In this document: piece by piece, positions 33,299-41,804 of the stretch
Layout of the letters: every line of letters begins with the position of its first letter
Position numbering within the stretch: position 1 is the first letter of the stretch
IMG/VR virus record: IMGVR_UViG_3300020048_000021
Coordinates: 105,848-169,847 of that record
Origin: a virus
Taxonomy: Duplodnaviria > Heunggongvirae > Uroviricota > Caudoviricetes
DNA length: 64,000 nucleotides
Strand: one strand, 5' to 3'
The notes under the pieces: generated by a model
Database searches by the model: none
What the model was told of the DNA's origin: nothing
The model's input: only the letters and a program-made list of their open reading frames with translations
Made by a program: the position numbers and the translations under genes

Positions 33299-34798
33299 AT
33301 GAAAATTACAGCACTCACTTCAATGGACTCGTACAAACTGGGTCACGGGGAAATGTACCCCGAAGGCACTACTAAAGTTTACTCAAACTTTACTCCACGT
33401 TCGCTCAAGCATTTGAACATGCCTGATCACTGGAAAGCAGATAACAAAATTGTTTGGTTTGGATTGCAAGGTTTTCTGCACGAACTCAACACAGTTTGGA
33501 AAGAGACATTTTTCGATTTACCCGAAGATGAAATTTGTGACGAGTTTCTTGAATTCGTAGCACCATTTGTCGGGCCCAACGGTTTCAATATTGAACGTAT
33601 TCGTGAATTACATCGTATTGGATACTTGCCACTTGAAATCAAATCTCTGCCAGAAGGATCACGAGTGCCGATTGGTGTGCCAGTATTGACGGTTACTAAC
33701 ACTGTAGCATCAGCATTTTGGTTGCCTAACTTTCTTGAAACATGGCTCTCTGCTGAGTTGTGGAAATCATCGACTTCTGCCACAATGGCACGAGTATATC
33801 GTAAAATTATCGACTCATACGCTGATGCTACAGGCGGCAGCAAAGAGTTTGTCGTATGGCAAGGTCATGACTTCTCAATGCGTGGCATGTCCGGTATTGC
33901 CGATGGTGCAAAATCGGGTGCTGGTCATTTGTTGAGTTTTCTTGGAACTGACGTACTATCAGCAGTCAAGTATGTCAACGACTACTACCATGGTAAATCA
34001 ACCTTTGTTGGTGGTTCGGTGCCTGCTAGTGAGCATAGCGTAATGAGTTCTTCTAGCCGTGATGCTGAGTTGGATACATATCGCTACATCTTGAGCAAAT
34101 ACCCAAGTGGTGTTGTCTCACTTGTATCAGATACATACGACTTTTTCCAAGTGATCACAACATACGCCACGATTCTCAAAGATGATATTCTGAATCGTAC
34201 TCCTGACTCACTTGGCTTGGCTAAAGTTGTGTTTCGTCCTGATTCGGGTGATCCAGTCAAGATTATCACTGGCGATCCAGAGGCACCAGCGGGTTCACCT
34301 GAACATAAAGGTGCTGTTGAATGTTTGTGGGAAATCTTTGGTGGCACAGTAAACAATAAAGGGTACAAAACTCTGAATCAACGTGTTGGTCTTATCTACG
34401 GAGATTCGATTACCATTGAGCGTTGCAAAGATATCCTGTTTATGTTGGCCGCTAAAGGATTCGCAAGTGACAACATTGTATTTGGTATCGGTTCGTACAC
34501 GTATCAGTTTGCTACTCGTGACTCGCTTGGGTTTGCTATGAAAGCTACTCATCGTGTTACTAACGGCGAAGGTGTTGCTATCTTTAAGGATCCTAAGACT
34601 GATTCTGGTACTAAGAAATCTGCTCGTGGCTTACTGTGTGTACATCGTAGCCCACTCTCAGGTGACTATGTATTAGTTGATGGTGTCACAGTAGAAGCCG
34701 AACGTTGTGGTGAGTTGAAGACTGTGTTTCTTGACGGTCAGATTCTTGTTGACGAGACATTTGAAACTATTCGTAAAAGGTTGACAGATAATGCTTAA
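33299..34798 (+). CDS. nicotinamide phosphoribosyltransferase family protein (NadV/NAMPT-like; candidate Namat of NARP1)
   Basis: 499 aa with N-terminal TSMDSYKLGH-type NAMPT motif and overall NAPRTase/NAMPT family length and layout. Confidence 0.7.
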   Translation: MKITALTSMDSYKLGHGEMYPEGTTKVYSNFTPRSLKHLNMPDHWKADNKIVWFGLQGFLHELNTVWKETFFDLPEDEICDEFLEFVAPFVGPNGFNIERIRELHRIGYLPLEIKSLPEGSRVPIGVPVLTVTNTVASAFWLPNFLETWLSAELWKSSTSATMARVYRKIIDSYADATGGSKEFVVWQGHDFSMRGMSGIADGAKSGAGHLLSFLGTDVLSAVKYVNDYYHGKSTFVGGSVPASEHSVMSSSSRDAELDTYRYILSKYPSGVVSLVSDTYDFFQVITTYATILKDDILNRTPDSLGLAKVVFRPDSGDPVKIITGDPEAPAGSPEHKGAVECLWEIFGGTVNNKGYKTLNQRVGLIYGDSITIERCKDILFMLAAKGFASDNIVFGIGSYTYQFATRDSLGFAMKATHRVTNGEGVAIFKDPKTDSGTKKSARGLLCVHRSPLSGDYVLVDGVTVEAERCGELKTVFLDGQILVDETFETIRKRLTDNA

Positions 34799-34976
34799 AG
34801 CACTACTATCATTTATAGCATTATTTTGGGTATTTTATTATGGTATTATCGGACTCAGGTTTGTTACCAAAAAGCAAGCATGGGAGTGGACTAAAGTTTT
34901 AACAATTAGCGCAGTATGTTCTGCATTATCCATCGTAGTATTAACAACTTTCGTTATTTTATTCTAAGGAAATTAT

Positions 34977-35774
34977 ATGAAACAAATTTTTAAATTAGCA
35001 ATCGTAGCAGGTCTAATCGCAACCACAGTTGGTTGTACCCGTATTGAAACCGGCGAAGTCGGTGTACGAGTTGGCTTTGATAAACAGGTAAAACCAGGTG
35101 AATTGATGCCAGGTTCATTCAATCAAACCTTAATCGGTGATGTACTTACATTTCCTATCCGTGATGTGTCAGTTAAGATTGATAACATGACTCCCTTGGC
35201 TCAAGACAACAGCACCATGAAAGACATGGATGTCACTGTTATCTACAACATCACTCCCGCACAGGTTAGTGAATTGTATGTGAGCAAGAACCGTAGCTTC
35301 CACGTTGTCCACAACGGCGATACTTATTTGATGTACAACTACATATTCAATGCCGCACGAAATGCTGCCTACAAAGCTGCTCGTAAGTATGACGCATTGA
35401 CCATGAACGACAGTCGTGCCCAAATGGAACAGGACATGAAAGAAATCATTGCCAAGACATTGGCTGATGAAAATCTTGCGGGATCAATTACCGTGAGTCA
35501 AGTTCTTATTCGTGCCCTTACACCGGCGGATTCTGTTGTGGCAAGTGCCAACGAATTGGTTCGCTCCAAGAATGAATTGCTGCAAAAAGAAGTTGAAGTT
35601 AAGACCGCCGAAGCAGAATCTCGTCGTATGGCAGCACTTACCAACCAAAGCTCAGCCAGCATTGCTTACATGAACGCTCAGGCTGCGTTGAACATCTCTG
35701 AAGGTGTTAAGAACGGCAAAGTCCAGACTATTATTGTTCCAAGCAATATGACTGGTTTGATGATTGGAAAATAA
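34977..35774 (+). CDS. SPFH/band-7-like lipoprotein
   Basis: signal peptide with lipobox VGC, then TGEVGVRVGF... pattern typical of SPFH domains. Confidence 0.45.
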   Translation: MKQIFKLAIVAGLIATTVGCTRIETGEVGVRVGFDKQVKPGELMPGSFNQTLIGDVLTFPIRDVSVKIDNMTPLAQDNSTMKDMDVTVIYNITPAQVSELYVSKNRSFHVVHNGDTYLMYNYIFNAARNAAYKAARKYDALTMNDSRAQMEQDMKEIIAKTLADENLAGSITVSQVLIRALTPADSVVASANELVRSKNELLQKEVEVKTAEAESRRMAALTNQSSASIAYMNAQAALNISEGVKNGKVQTIIVPSNMTGLMIGK

Positions 35775-35775
35775 A

Positions 35776-36375
35776 ATGGAAGAAATAATTGCGCTATCAA
35801 TTATCGCAATTCTTCTCATTGTTACCATCATCGGTGCTATTCTACTGCGAAGACGTTTTGTTCGCAGTAGAGAGAAGAAATTAACTCAAATAAAAGAGCA
35901 ATGGGAACAAGCTGAATCTCAAGAACGGCAGCGTTTTAAAAAACAGACCGAGTTATTGGCTCAGGCTCGTTCAGAAGAAGAAATACAGTTACGAGATCGT
36001 GCCGAACGACTGCGTATTAAAGGAATGCAAAATGTAACTCCAACATATCCAAATCTTGGTAATGCTGGAGCACAGAGATATGACACTAAGACTGGTACTA
36101 TCCAAACTGTGGTTTATGATAATAAAACTAACGACACTCAATGGAGAACGATTGGTGGCAGCGGTGGGACTACATCAGCGCAACCTGTTACTAATTCCAG
36201 TACCGATTTGTTTACAGGAATGGCTATAGGGAGTTTGGTAAATAGTCTTTTCAGTACACCATCATATTCAAGACCTAGTTCAGATGATAGTGATAGTCAA
36301 AAGTCGGTATCTAGTAGTTCTAGTTCTAGTAGTTGGAGTGATAGCTCAGACAGTGGTCCTAGTTCGGATTGGTAG
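35776..36375 (+). CDS. membrane-anchored protein with serine-rich C-terminus
   Basis: ATG 35776 after upstream TAA; N-terminal TM helix; SSSSSSSSWSDSSDSGPSSDW tail. Confidence 0.45.
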   Translation: MEEIIALSIIAILLIVTIIGAILLRRRFVRSREKKLTQIKEQWEQAESQERQRFKKQTELLAQARSEEEIQLRDRAERLRIKGMQNVTPTYPNLGNAGAQRYDTKTGTIQTVVYDNKTNDTQWRTIGGSGGTTSAQPVTNSSTDLFTGMAIGSLVNSLFSTPSYSRPSSDDSDSQKSVSSSSSSSSWSDSSDSGPSSDW

Positions 36376-36400
36376 TATAAAACAAATACAGGAAAATAAA

Positions 36401-36631
36401 ATGGATAATACAATTAGAGAATCAAAATATAAAGTTGGTGACATTGTTAATATTTTATATTACAAAGATATGACTGAGAAAGTACTATCCCCTGATTCCT
36501 TTACAATAACAGAGGTAGTATATGATCTTAATAAACATACTAGTGATACTCATATGTATGTTGCTAAAAACGACCACGAATTCGGATTTTGGTTTGAATC
36601 GGAGCTAGTTCTTTGTAATCAAGGAGAATAA
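36401..36631 (+). CDS. hypothetical protein
   Basis: ATG 36401 with RBS CAGGAAAATAAAATG; ORF-track start overlaps upstream gene. Confidence 0.4.
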   Translation: MDNTIRESKYKVGDIVNILYYKDMTEKVLSPDSFTITEVVYDLNKHTSDTHMYVAKNDHEFGFWFESELVLCNQGE

Positions 36632-36632
36632 A

Positions 36633-36824
36633 ATGAACAATAAAATTTCAGTGCAGTACAATGGACAGTTAGTGGGTTCAATTGATACAAACTCAACAAT
36701 GACTACTCAAGAAATTGAGAATATGGCTATTCAGCATTTGAGTATTGCTGATCAGCTAAATGGTTTATCAGCTACTAGATTTATTCACGTACCTGAAAAA
36801 CTTATCAATGTAATTGGAGCATAA
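36633..36824 (+). CDS. hypothetical protein
   Basis: 63 aa ORF, RBS. Confidence 0.4.
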   Translation: MNNKISVQYNGQLVGSIDTNSTMTTQEIENMAIQHLSIADQLNGLSATRFIHVPEKLINVIGA

Positions 36825-36825
36825 A

Positions 36826-36978
36826 ATGGAAACACAACAGCTATTAAACGAAGGTATTCTCAGATTTGGAATTGAATCACGAGATGTCTCAGTGGATGGA
36901 CACTGGGTGGGTGTAATTTGGAATGAAGTATGGCGACTCGCCGGAATTATTGTCGATGGAGAAACTAATGACAACACG
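36826..36978 (+). CDS. hypothetical small protein (50 aa)
   Basis: ATG 36826 after upstream TAA; below ORF-track cutoff. Confidence 0.3.
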
Positions 36979-37411
36979 TAGAGGATTTTTACAAACAATG
37001 GGGGCAGTATTCGGGTCAACAGTGCTGCCAGCAGGGGCAGTCGCGTCTGTAGCGTCAGCAGCACCCGTAGCAGAAGTAGCGGTTGGAGTAATGGCAGCGG
37101 CCGCAGTTGTTCGACAGTTCAAAACATCAATGGTACTTGACCCACAAACACTTGAGCCAAAAATTGCTGTTTCCGTTACAGAAAATGGAGAGAGACACGC
37201 TCTAGCTGGTTGTACATATTTAAATGAGGTCAAGATTGATGGCAAAACCCCATTGGAATTTATCGATAATTCAACACCTGAGAAACGTCAAGAATCACAA
37301 AATCTATTAGATGTGGTTGTTATTCGTGAGCAACTTGAACGTCAGGGTTTACCGCCATTGACCGACTTTGAGGCCGCGCTGCTCATGGCACGAGAAGGAG
37401 AAACAGCATGA
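36968..37411 (+). CDS. exported protein with twin-arginine (Tat) signal peptide
   Basis: N-terminus MTTRRGFLQTMGAVFGSTVLPAGAVASVASAAP fits the S/T-RRxFLK Tat motif with AxA-like cleavage region. Confidence 0.5.
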   Translation: MTTRRGFLQTMGAVFGSTVLPAGAVASVASAAPVAEVAVGVMAAAAVVRQFKTSMVLDPQTLEPKIAVSVTENGERHALAGCTYLNEVKIDGKTPLEFIDNSTPEKRQESQNLLDVVVIREQLERQGLPPLTDFEAALLMAREGETA

Positions 37412-37878
37412 GTCAATATAAATTCTTTTGGAGTGGACCATTCAGTCAATGGTTCAAGAGTTCATTCGTTATTGATGGAAAAACATTCAATACGTGTGAA
37501 CAGTGGATGATGTGGAACAAAGCTATGTTATTTCAAGATACTGAAATTGCAGATGCTATTCTTGCAACGTCTGATTCTAAAAAACAAAAAGCATTGGGTC
37601 GTCAAGTTAAAAACTTTGTAGATTCAGTTTGGATGAACGTCGCATATGACATCGTTGTCCGAGGCAATCGTGCCAAGTTTGAACAGAATCCAGAACTATA
37701 TAGCGAATTAGAAAAGACCAAAGGTCTGACTCTAGTTGAAGCTAGCCCACTTGACAAACGATGGGGAATTGGAATGGCTGAAGATGAAGAAGGAGTCGAA
37801 GACTCTGCAAATTGGAAAGGTGAGAATTTGCTAGGTAAAGCAATTACTCAAGTTCGTATGGACATGTTTCAAAGTTAA
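37408..37878 (+). CDS. NADAR (YbiA-like) domain protein
   Basis: FFWSGPFSQWF... CEQWMM... VVRGNRAKFEQNPEL... LVEASPLDKRWGIG matches conserved NADAR/DUF1768 blocks. Confidence 0.65.
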   Translation: MSQYKFFWSGPFSQWFKSSFVIDGKTFNTCEQWMMWNKAMLFQDTEIADAILATSDSKKQKALGRQVKNFVDSVWMNVAYDIVVRGNRAKFEQNPELYSELEKTKGLTLVEASPLDKRWGIGMAEDEEGVEDSANWKGENLLGKAITQVRMDMFQS

Positions 37879-38447
37879 TGAACTACGAAGCTATTTGGAA
37901 AAAGTGGTCTGAACGCTTTGGGTGGCAGCCGTTAGAGATTAAATTCACTAACAATTGGCGTGATTGTGTTCACATTCAAGACGTGACTCTAACTGATAAT
38001 AAGATATGGTATATGTCATTTATGTCTGAAGATGGCAAAGCCAGTAGCAGTTATCGATTAAGTCTTCAAAGTTCTCGACTTGAATGTACTTTAACCGAAT
38101 ATGAAGTAGAATGGAGATTACGTAATTTATTCATGCAATTTGAGACTCTTGATCGTGCCAATTTAGTATCTCATGTTGCGAAATCATACAGTGAGTATCA
38201 CTATAAAATTCAAGAATACTATAGTGATAAAGTGGATTTTCATAGATTAGTAAGTGCCGGCAGCAGAGTAGCACACGTTAGTAGACGAGGTCGTGGCAAT
38301 GTGTTTTTCAAGAATAACATCTTGTTGTATGTGGGTAAAAACAAGTATGATGCTGGTATTATTGTTGGTCAAAAACATGATAAATTTGGTATCTTCACGT
38401 TGGACGATAAACATACATGGAAAGATTACGGGATTAGAATGATATGA
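37878..38447 (+). CDS. hypothetical protein
   Basis: 189 aa, ATGA coupling. Confidence 0.4.
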   Translation: MNYEAIWKKWSERFGWQPLEIKFTNNWRDCVHIQDVTLTDNKIWYMSFMSEDGKASSSYRLSLQSSRLECTLTEYEVEWRLRNLFMQFETLDRANLVSHVAKSYSEYHYKIQEYYSDKVDFHRLVSAGSRVAHVSRRGRGNVFFKNNILLYVGKNKYDAGIIVGQKHDKFGIFTLDDKHTWKDYGIRMI

Positions 38448-38833
38448 AAGTTACAAAAATTTTAGTTAGTGAAATAGGTCGTCCAAACCCTAATGGCAGA
38501 GTATATACTGCTACTGAAATTCAACGAGCAATCAACGAAATTAAAAATAAGATTGACGGTAGAAAATTACTAGGGGAAATCGGTGTCGCTTTATATGGTC
38601 ACGTTAATCTTGATCAAGTATCACACATAATTGACAGACTGTGGATCGAAAATTATAAACTTTATGCCGATGCTACATTACTAGATACGCCAAGAGGTCT
38701 AGTGGCACAACATCTATTTTCTCAAGTATCACCAAGTGTCAAATTTGGAATTAGAGGAACTGGAATAATCAATGAATCTTTTTTGGTGTCAGACTTGACA
38801 ATAATTGCAATAGATGTTATACTGAAAGCATAA
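38444..38833 (+). CDS. hypothetical protein
   Basis: 129 aa, ATGA coupling. Confidence 0.4.
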   Translation: MKVTKILVSEIGRPNPNGRVYTATEIQRAINEIKNKIDGRKLLGEIGVALYGHVNLDQVSHIIDRLWIENYKLYADATLLDTPRGLVAQHLFSQVSPSVKFGIRGTGIINESFLVSDLTIIAIDVILKA

Positions 38834-38847
38834 ACTTAATATAGAAG

Positions 38848-39144
38848 ATGAAAATGAAAACATATACTATGAAACAAATTGTAATTTTTTTAAATTATAC
38901 TCAGTTGGCGGGTGACGAACGAATTAAATTTGCAGAAACGTTGTCAGACGAAGAAGCCAAGGAATTATTTCAGTTTGTGTTAGACTATATGATTCATATT
39001 ACTGTGTCTCGATTTGTAAATCCACAAGTAAATGAAGTCAGTGAAGTTGAAGAAACTGATAGTCTTTCAGATTTATTTAAAGATGAACTTGATAATTATC
39101 CTGAAGCAAACGAAATTATCAACAAAATAAAGAACATGAAGTAA
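38848..39144 (+). CDS. hypothetical acidic protein
   Basis: 98 aa ORF. Confidence 0.4.
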   Translation: MKMKTYTMKQIVIFLNYTQLAGDERIKFAETLSDEEAKELFQFVLDYMIHITVSRFVNPQVNEVSEVEETDSLSDLFKDELDNYPEANEIINKIKNMK

Positions 39145-39162
39145 ATTAGAAAAGGAAATAGT

Positions 39163-39525
39163 ATGAACGAACAGACTAGAATTAAACAACTAATTGAACA
39201 GTGTGAACAAGATACTCAGTATCTTGTTCAGGATCTTTCCAGTGATAGCTTTCTATACAGACTTGTCGAATTAACTATTGAAGATTGTGTTAATAAGATT
39301 GAGAATTTAAAAGATATTACTAATGATGCTTTAAAAACCAATAATTTTCAATGGAATACTTACAAAGAAACATTGAATCTTGTTGTTAAGGTGATAAAAA
39401 GAACAACTACTACTGATGAAGAATTACAGAAATATCGTTCAAAGATTATCGATGATGAAGGATATTGTCTAGTATGTGGCGAAACGTGGAATAGTGATTG
39501 CGGTTGTGCTTTGGAGTTAAAATAA
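39163..39525 (+). CDS. hypothetical protein with C-terminal Cys cluster
   Basis: CLVCGETWNSDCGC motif, 120 aa. Confidence 0.4.
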   Translation: MNEQTRIKQLIEQCEQDTQYLVQDLSSDSFLYRLVELTIEDCVNKIENLKDITNDALKTNNFQWNTYKETLNLVVKVIKRTTTTDEELQKYRSKIIDDEGYCLVCGETWNSDCGCALELK

Positions 39526-39983
39526 TGAATATTGTAAAAGGTAATTTATTAACGTTAGCAGTTAACGGTAAGTTTGATGTTATTGTACAGGGCTGTAATT
39601 GCTTTTGTGCAATGGGTGGTGGTATTGCTCGTGAAATTGCTGAACGTTTTCCAGAAGCTGTACTAGAAGATAATAAAACTACCAAAGGTGACTACAACAA
39701 ATTAGGTAATTACACACAAGTCGAAATTGACGATACGTTTATCCTGATTAACGCTTACACTCAATATGCATTGAGTAATGGAAATGATGTATTTGAATAC
39801 GATGCTTTCAAATTGATTCTACAGAAATTAGCACGAGAATACCCAACCGCTCGTTTTGGTTTTCCATTAATTGGCATGGGTTTGGCTAATGGAAATAAGA
39901 CTCGTATCATGGGAATGTTGGCTGAATTTTCAGAGAAAATTGCTGAGTTTGGTGGGACGTTCACACTCGTAGAATTTGAATAA
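39525..39983 (+). CDS. macro domain protein (ADP-ribose binding / deacylase family)
   Basis: GNLL...DVIVQGCNCFCAMGGGIAREI matches the macro domain signature (compare E. coli YmdB VNAAN...GGGGVDGAI); TAATG overlap. Confidence 0.65.
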   Translation: MNIVKGNLLTLAVNGKFDVIVQGCNCFCAMGGGIAREIAERFPEAVLEDNKTTKGDYNKLGNYTQVEIDDTFILINAYTQYALSNGNDVFEYDAFKLILQKLAREYPTARFGFPLIGMGLANGNKTRIMGMLAEFSEKIAEFGGTFTLVEFE

Positions 39984-39986
39984 AAG

Positions 39987-40041
39987 TGTTGTTTTTATAC
40001 AACAGTCATAAGTTGACAATAAATCGATAATCGATTATAAT
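39987..40041 (+). promoter_or_regulatory. PeSL cassette: palindrome TGTTGT-N-ACAACA + promoter TTGACA(40013-40018)-17-TATAAT(40036-40041); ATG only 6 nt downstream
   Basis: sequence read. Confidence 0.65.
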
Positions 40042-40047
40042 GTAGTT

Positions 40048-40266
40048 ATGATGAATTCAATACTTAAATGGTCAGCAACGCTTCTCACGATTCTGGGAGC
40101 GTTAGCTATTACTTATGGGCTGGACCCGCTCAATATCTACTTGCTAAATGTAGCTAGTATTCTATGGATTATTTGGGCACTAAGAATAGGTGAGCGTTCT
40201 ATTATCGTTGTAAATGCGGCAATGCTAGTAATTTACGGCTATGGTCTGATTATCAGACTGTTGTAA
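40048..40266 (+). CDS. small membrane protein (two TM helices), probably leaderless mRNA
   Basis: ATGATG begins 7 nt after the -10 box; hydrophobic 72 aa. Confidence 0.4.
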   Translation: MMNSILKWSATLLTILGALAITYGLDPLNIYLLNVASILWIIWALRIGERSIIVVNAAMLVIYGYGLIIRLL

Positions 40267-40311
40267 AAATACAACAAATCTATTGACAATAAATCAAAAA
40301 TCGTCTATAAT
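40259..40311 (+). promoter_or_regulatory. PeSL cassette: palindrome + promoter TTGACA(40283-40288)-17-TATAAT(40306-40311); ATG 7 nt downstream
   Basis: sequence read. Confidence 0.65.
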
Positions 40312-40317
40312 AGTTAC

Positions 40318-40638
40318 ATGATGACAAAACGCAAACGCCGTAACGACTGTACCCATCTAATCTACGTGATTAATAACACTGTCACGGGCGATCAATACGT
40401 GGGTCTAACTGTCAAGAATGTAGGCGGTGTTCAAAAAACTCTCAAGCGTCGCATTCAAAAACACGTTCAACGTGCTTTGGCAGAAGACAAAGGCTGGGCA
40501 TTATCTGAGTCGATTCGTAAACACGGCTCTGAGGCATTTACTTATGGTTTGCTTGAATCTGTACGTGGTCGTTTAGCTGCTCATTCTCGTGAGCGTGAAT
40601 TGATCAATACTTATCAGCCTACTTTGAACACATTTTAA
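40318..40638 (+). CDS. GIY-YIG domain nuclease (small homing-endonuclease-like)
   Basis: LIYVINNTVTGDQYVGLT motif. Confidence 0.55.
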   Translation: MMTKRKRRNDCTHLIYVINNTVTGDQYVGLTVKNVGGVQKTLKRRIQKHVQRALAEDKGWALSESIRKHGSEAFTYGLLESVRGRLAAHSRERELINTYQPTLNTF

Positions 40639-40647
40639 GGGTATACA

Positions 40648-40869
40648 ATGAACGAGCTGATTGAACGACTTGCCGAACAAGCTACTATAAAAGAAGAATA
40701 TTATCCTGCTGGTTGTAACGGATATCCTGAGTATCGTTACGACTTTGATAAAGAAAAGTTCGCCCGATTGATTGCGGCAGAGTGTGCCAGTATCTGTTAC
40801 GACGAAGATTTTGTCTCAGGCAGCGGATATGCTCGGGAAATTACAAAACGGTTTGGAGTTGAAGAATGA
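40648..40869 (+). CDS. MNExIxxLA...GVEE paralog family protein
   Basis: MNELIERLAEQ... ends KRFGVEE; GAATGA stop-start overlap with next paralog. Confidence 0.5.
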   Translation: MNELIERLAEQATIKEEYYPAGCNGYPEYRYDFDKEKFARLIAAECASICYDEDFVSGSGYAREITKRFGVEE

Positions 40870-41084
40870 ACGACAAAATTAAGGAACTAGCCGAAAAGTG
40901 TGGTTCTTGGGATCATTGTGATTGTGGTAACATTCGATTTGATTGGGAAGAATTCTATGAGTTGATTGTCAAAGAATCTGTCAAGGCACTGTGGACTGAG
41001 GATTGTCATGTAAGTGATCTGGCAATTATCGATTTTAACGAAAAGAAACGTAAAATTTTTAAACATATGGGAGTCACAGAATGA
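40866..41084 (+). CDS. MNExIxxLA...GVEE paralog family protein
   Basis: MNDKIKELAEKCG... ends KHMGVTE. Confidence 0.5.
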   Translation: MNDKIKELAEKCGSWDHCDCGNIRFDWEEFYELIVKESVKALWTEDCHVSDLAIIDFNEKKRKIFKHMGVTE

Positions 41085-41518
41085 TTTGTATGAAATGTGG
41101 ATATAATGATAATAGCTATCATACTTTTTATTCTCATGCTTGTTTTAAAAAACTGCAGCGTGAATTCAATCAACGCTTAATTGATAAACATAACGAAAAG
41201 GAAAGTAAAATGATTAGCGCAAAAATCGCAAGAGAAATCACTGATTCCAATAACACAGTAATGAATGATCGTTTAGAACGAATCGGCAAAATGATTGAGC
41301 ATGAAGCCAAAAACGGCAAGAGTGAATTATTACTTGATGCAGCTACGGATGTAGACTCTTTCTTTGAAGTCAATAGCGAATCCTTTAACTATACTTCTGA
41401 TCAAATGTTGCTTAAAGGGCAACTTGAGAAAATTGGATATAAAGTAGCAATCACCGGCGGACACGTACGGGGAACTCAAACGTCTGTCACAACTTACTAC
41501 ATTGTAGTACGGTGGTAA
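41081..41518 (+). CDS. hypothetical protein
   Basis: 145 aa, ATGA coupling. Confidence 0.4.
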   Translation: MICMKCGYNDNSYHTFYSHACFKKLQREFNQRLIDKHNEKESKMISAKIAREITDSNNTVMNDRLERIGKMIEHEAKNGKSELLLDAATDVDSFFEVNSESFNYTSDQMLLKGQLEKIGYKVAITGGHVRGTQTSVTTYYIVVRW

Positions 41519-41570
41519 ATCAATCATGATTAACAATAAAGTTAACTGACCCAACAGAAAAGGAATCAAA

Positions 41571-41747
41571 ATGACAGAACGTGAAGAAATTCAAACATAC
41601 TACAGCGGAGTGTCAGAGGGCATTTGCAAGTACGCACATTGGAAAGACGGCGTACAGTATGTGGGCACTACTGGTAAAACCTTGAAACAGGCACTTGAAG
41701 ACCTTAAAGCCGAACGTAAGTATCAATTGGCAGGAGCATTCAATTGA
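41571..41747 (+). CDS. hypothetical small protein (58 aa)
   Basis: RBS AAAAGGAATCAAAATG; below ORF-track cutoff. Confidence 0.35.
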   Translation: MTEREEIQTYYSGVSEGICKYAHWKDGVQYVGTTGKTLKQALEDLKAERKYQLAGAFN

Positions 41748-41804
41748 AATATATTGTAACTATCAGATAGTTACTATGATGGTTAATTAAATTAAGGAAA
41801 TATT

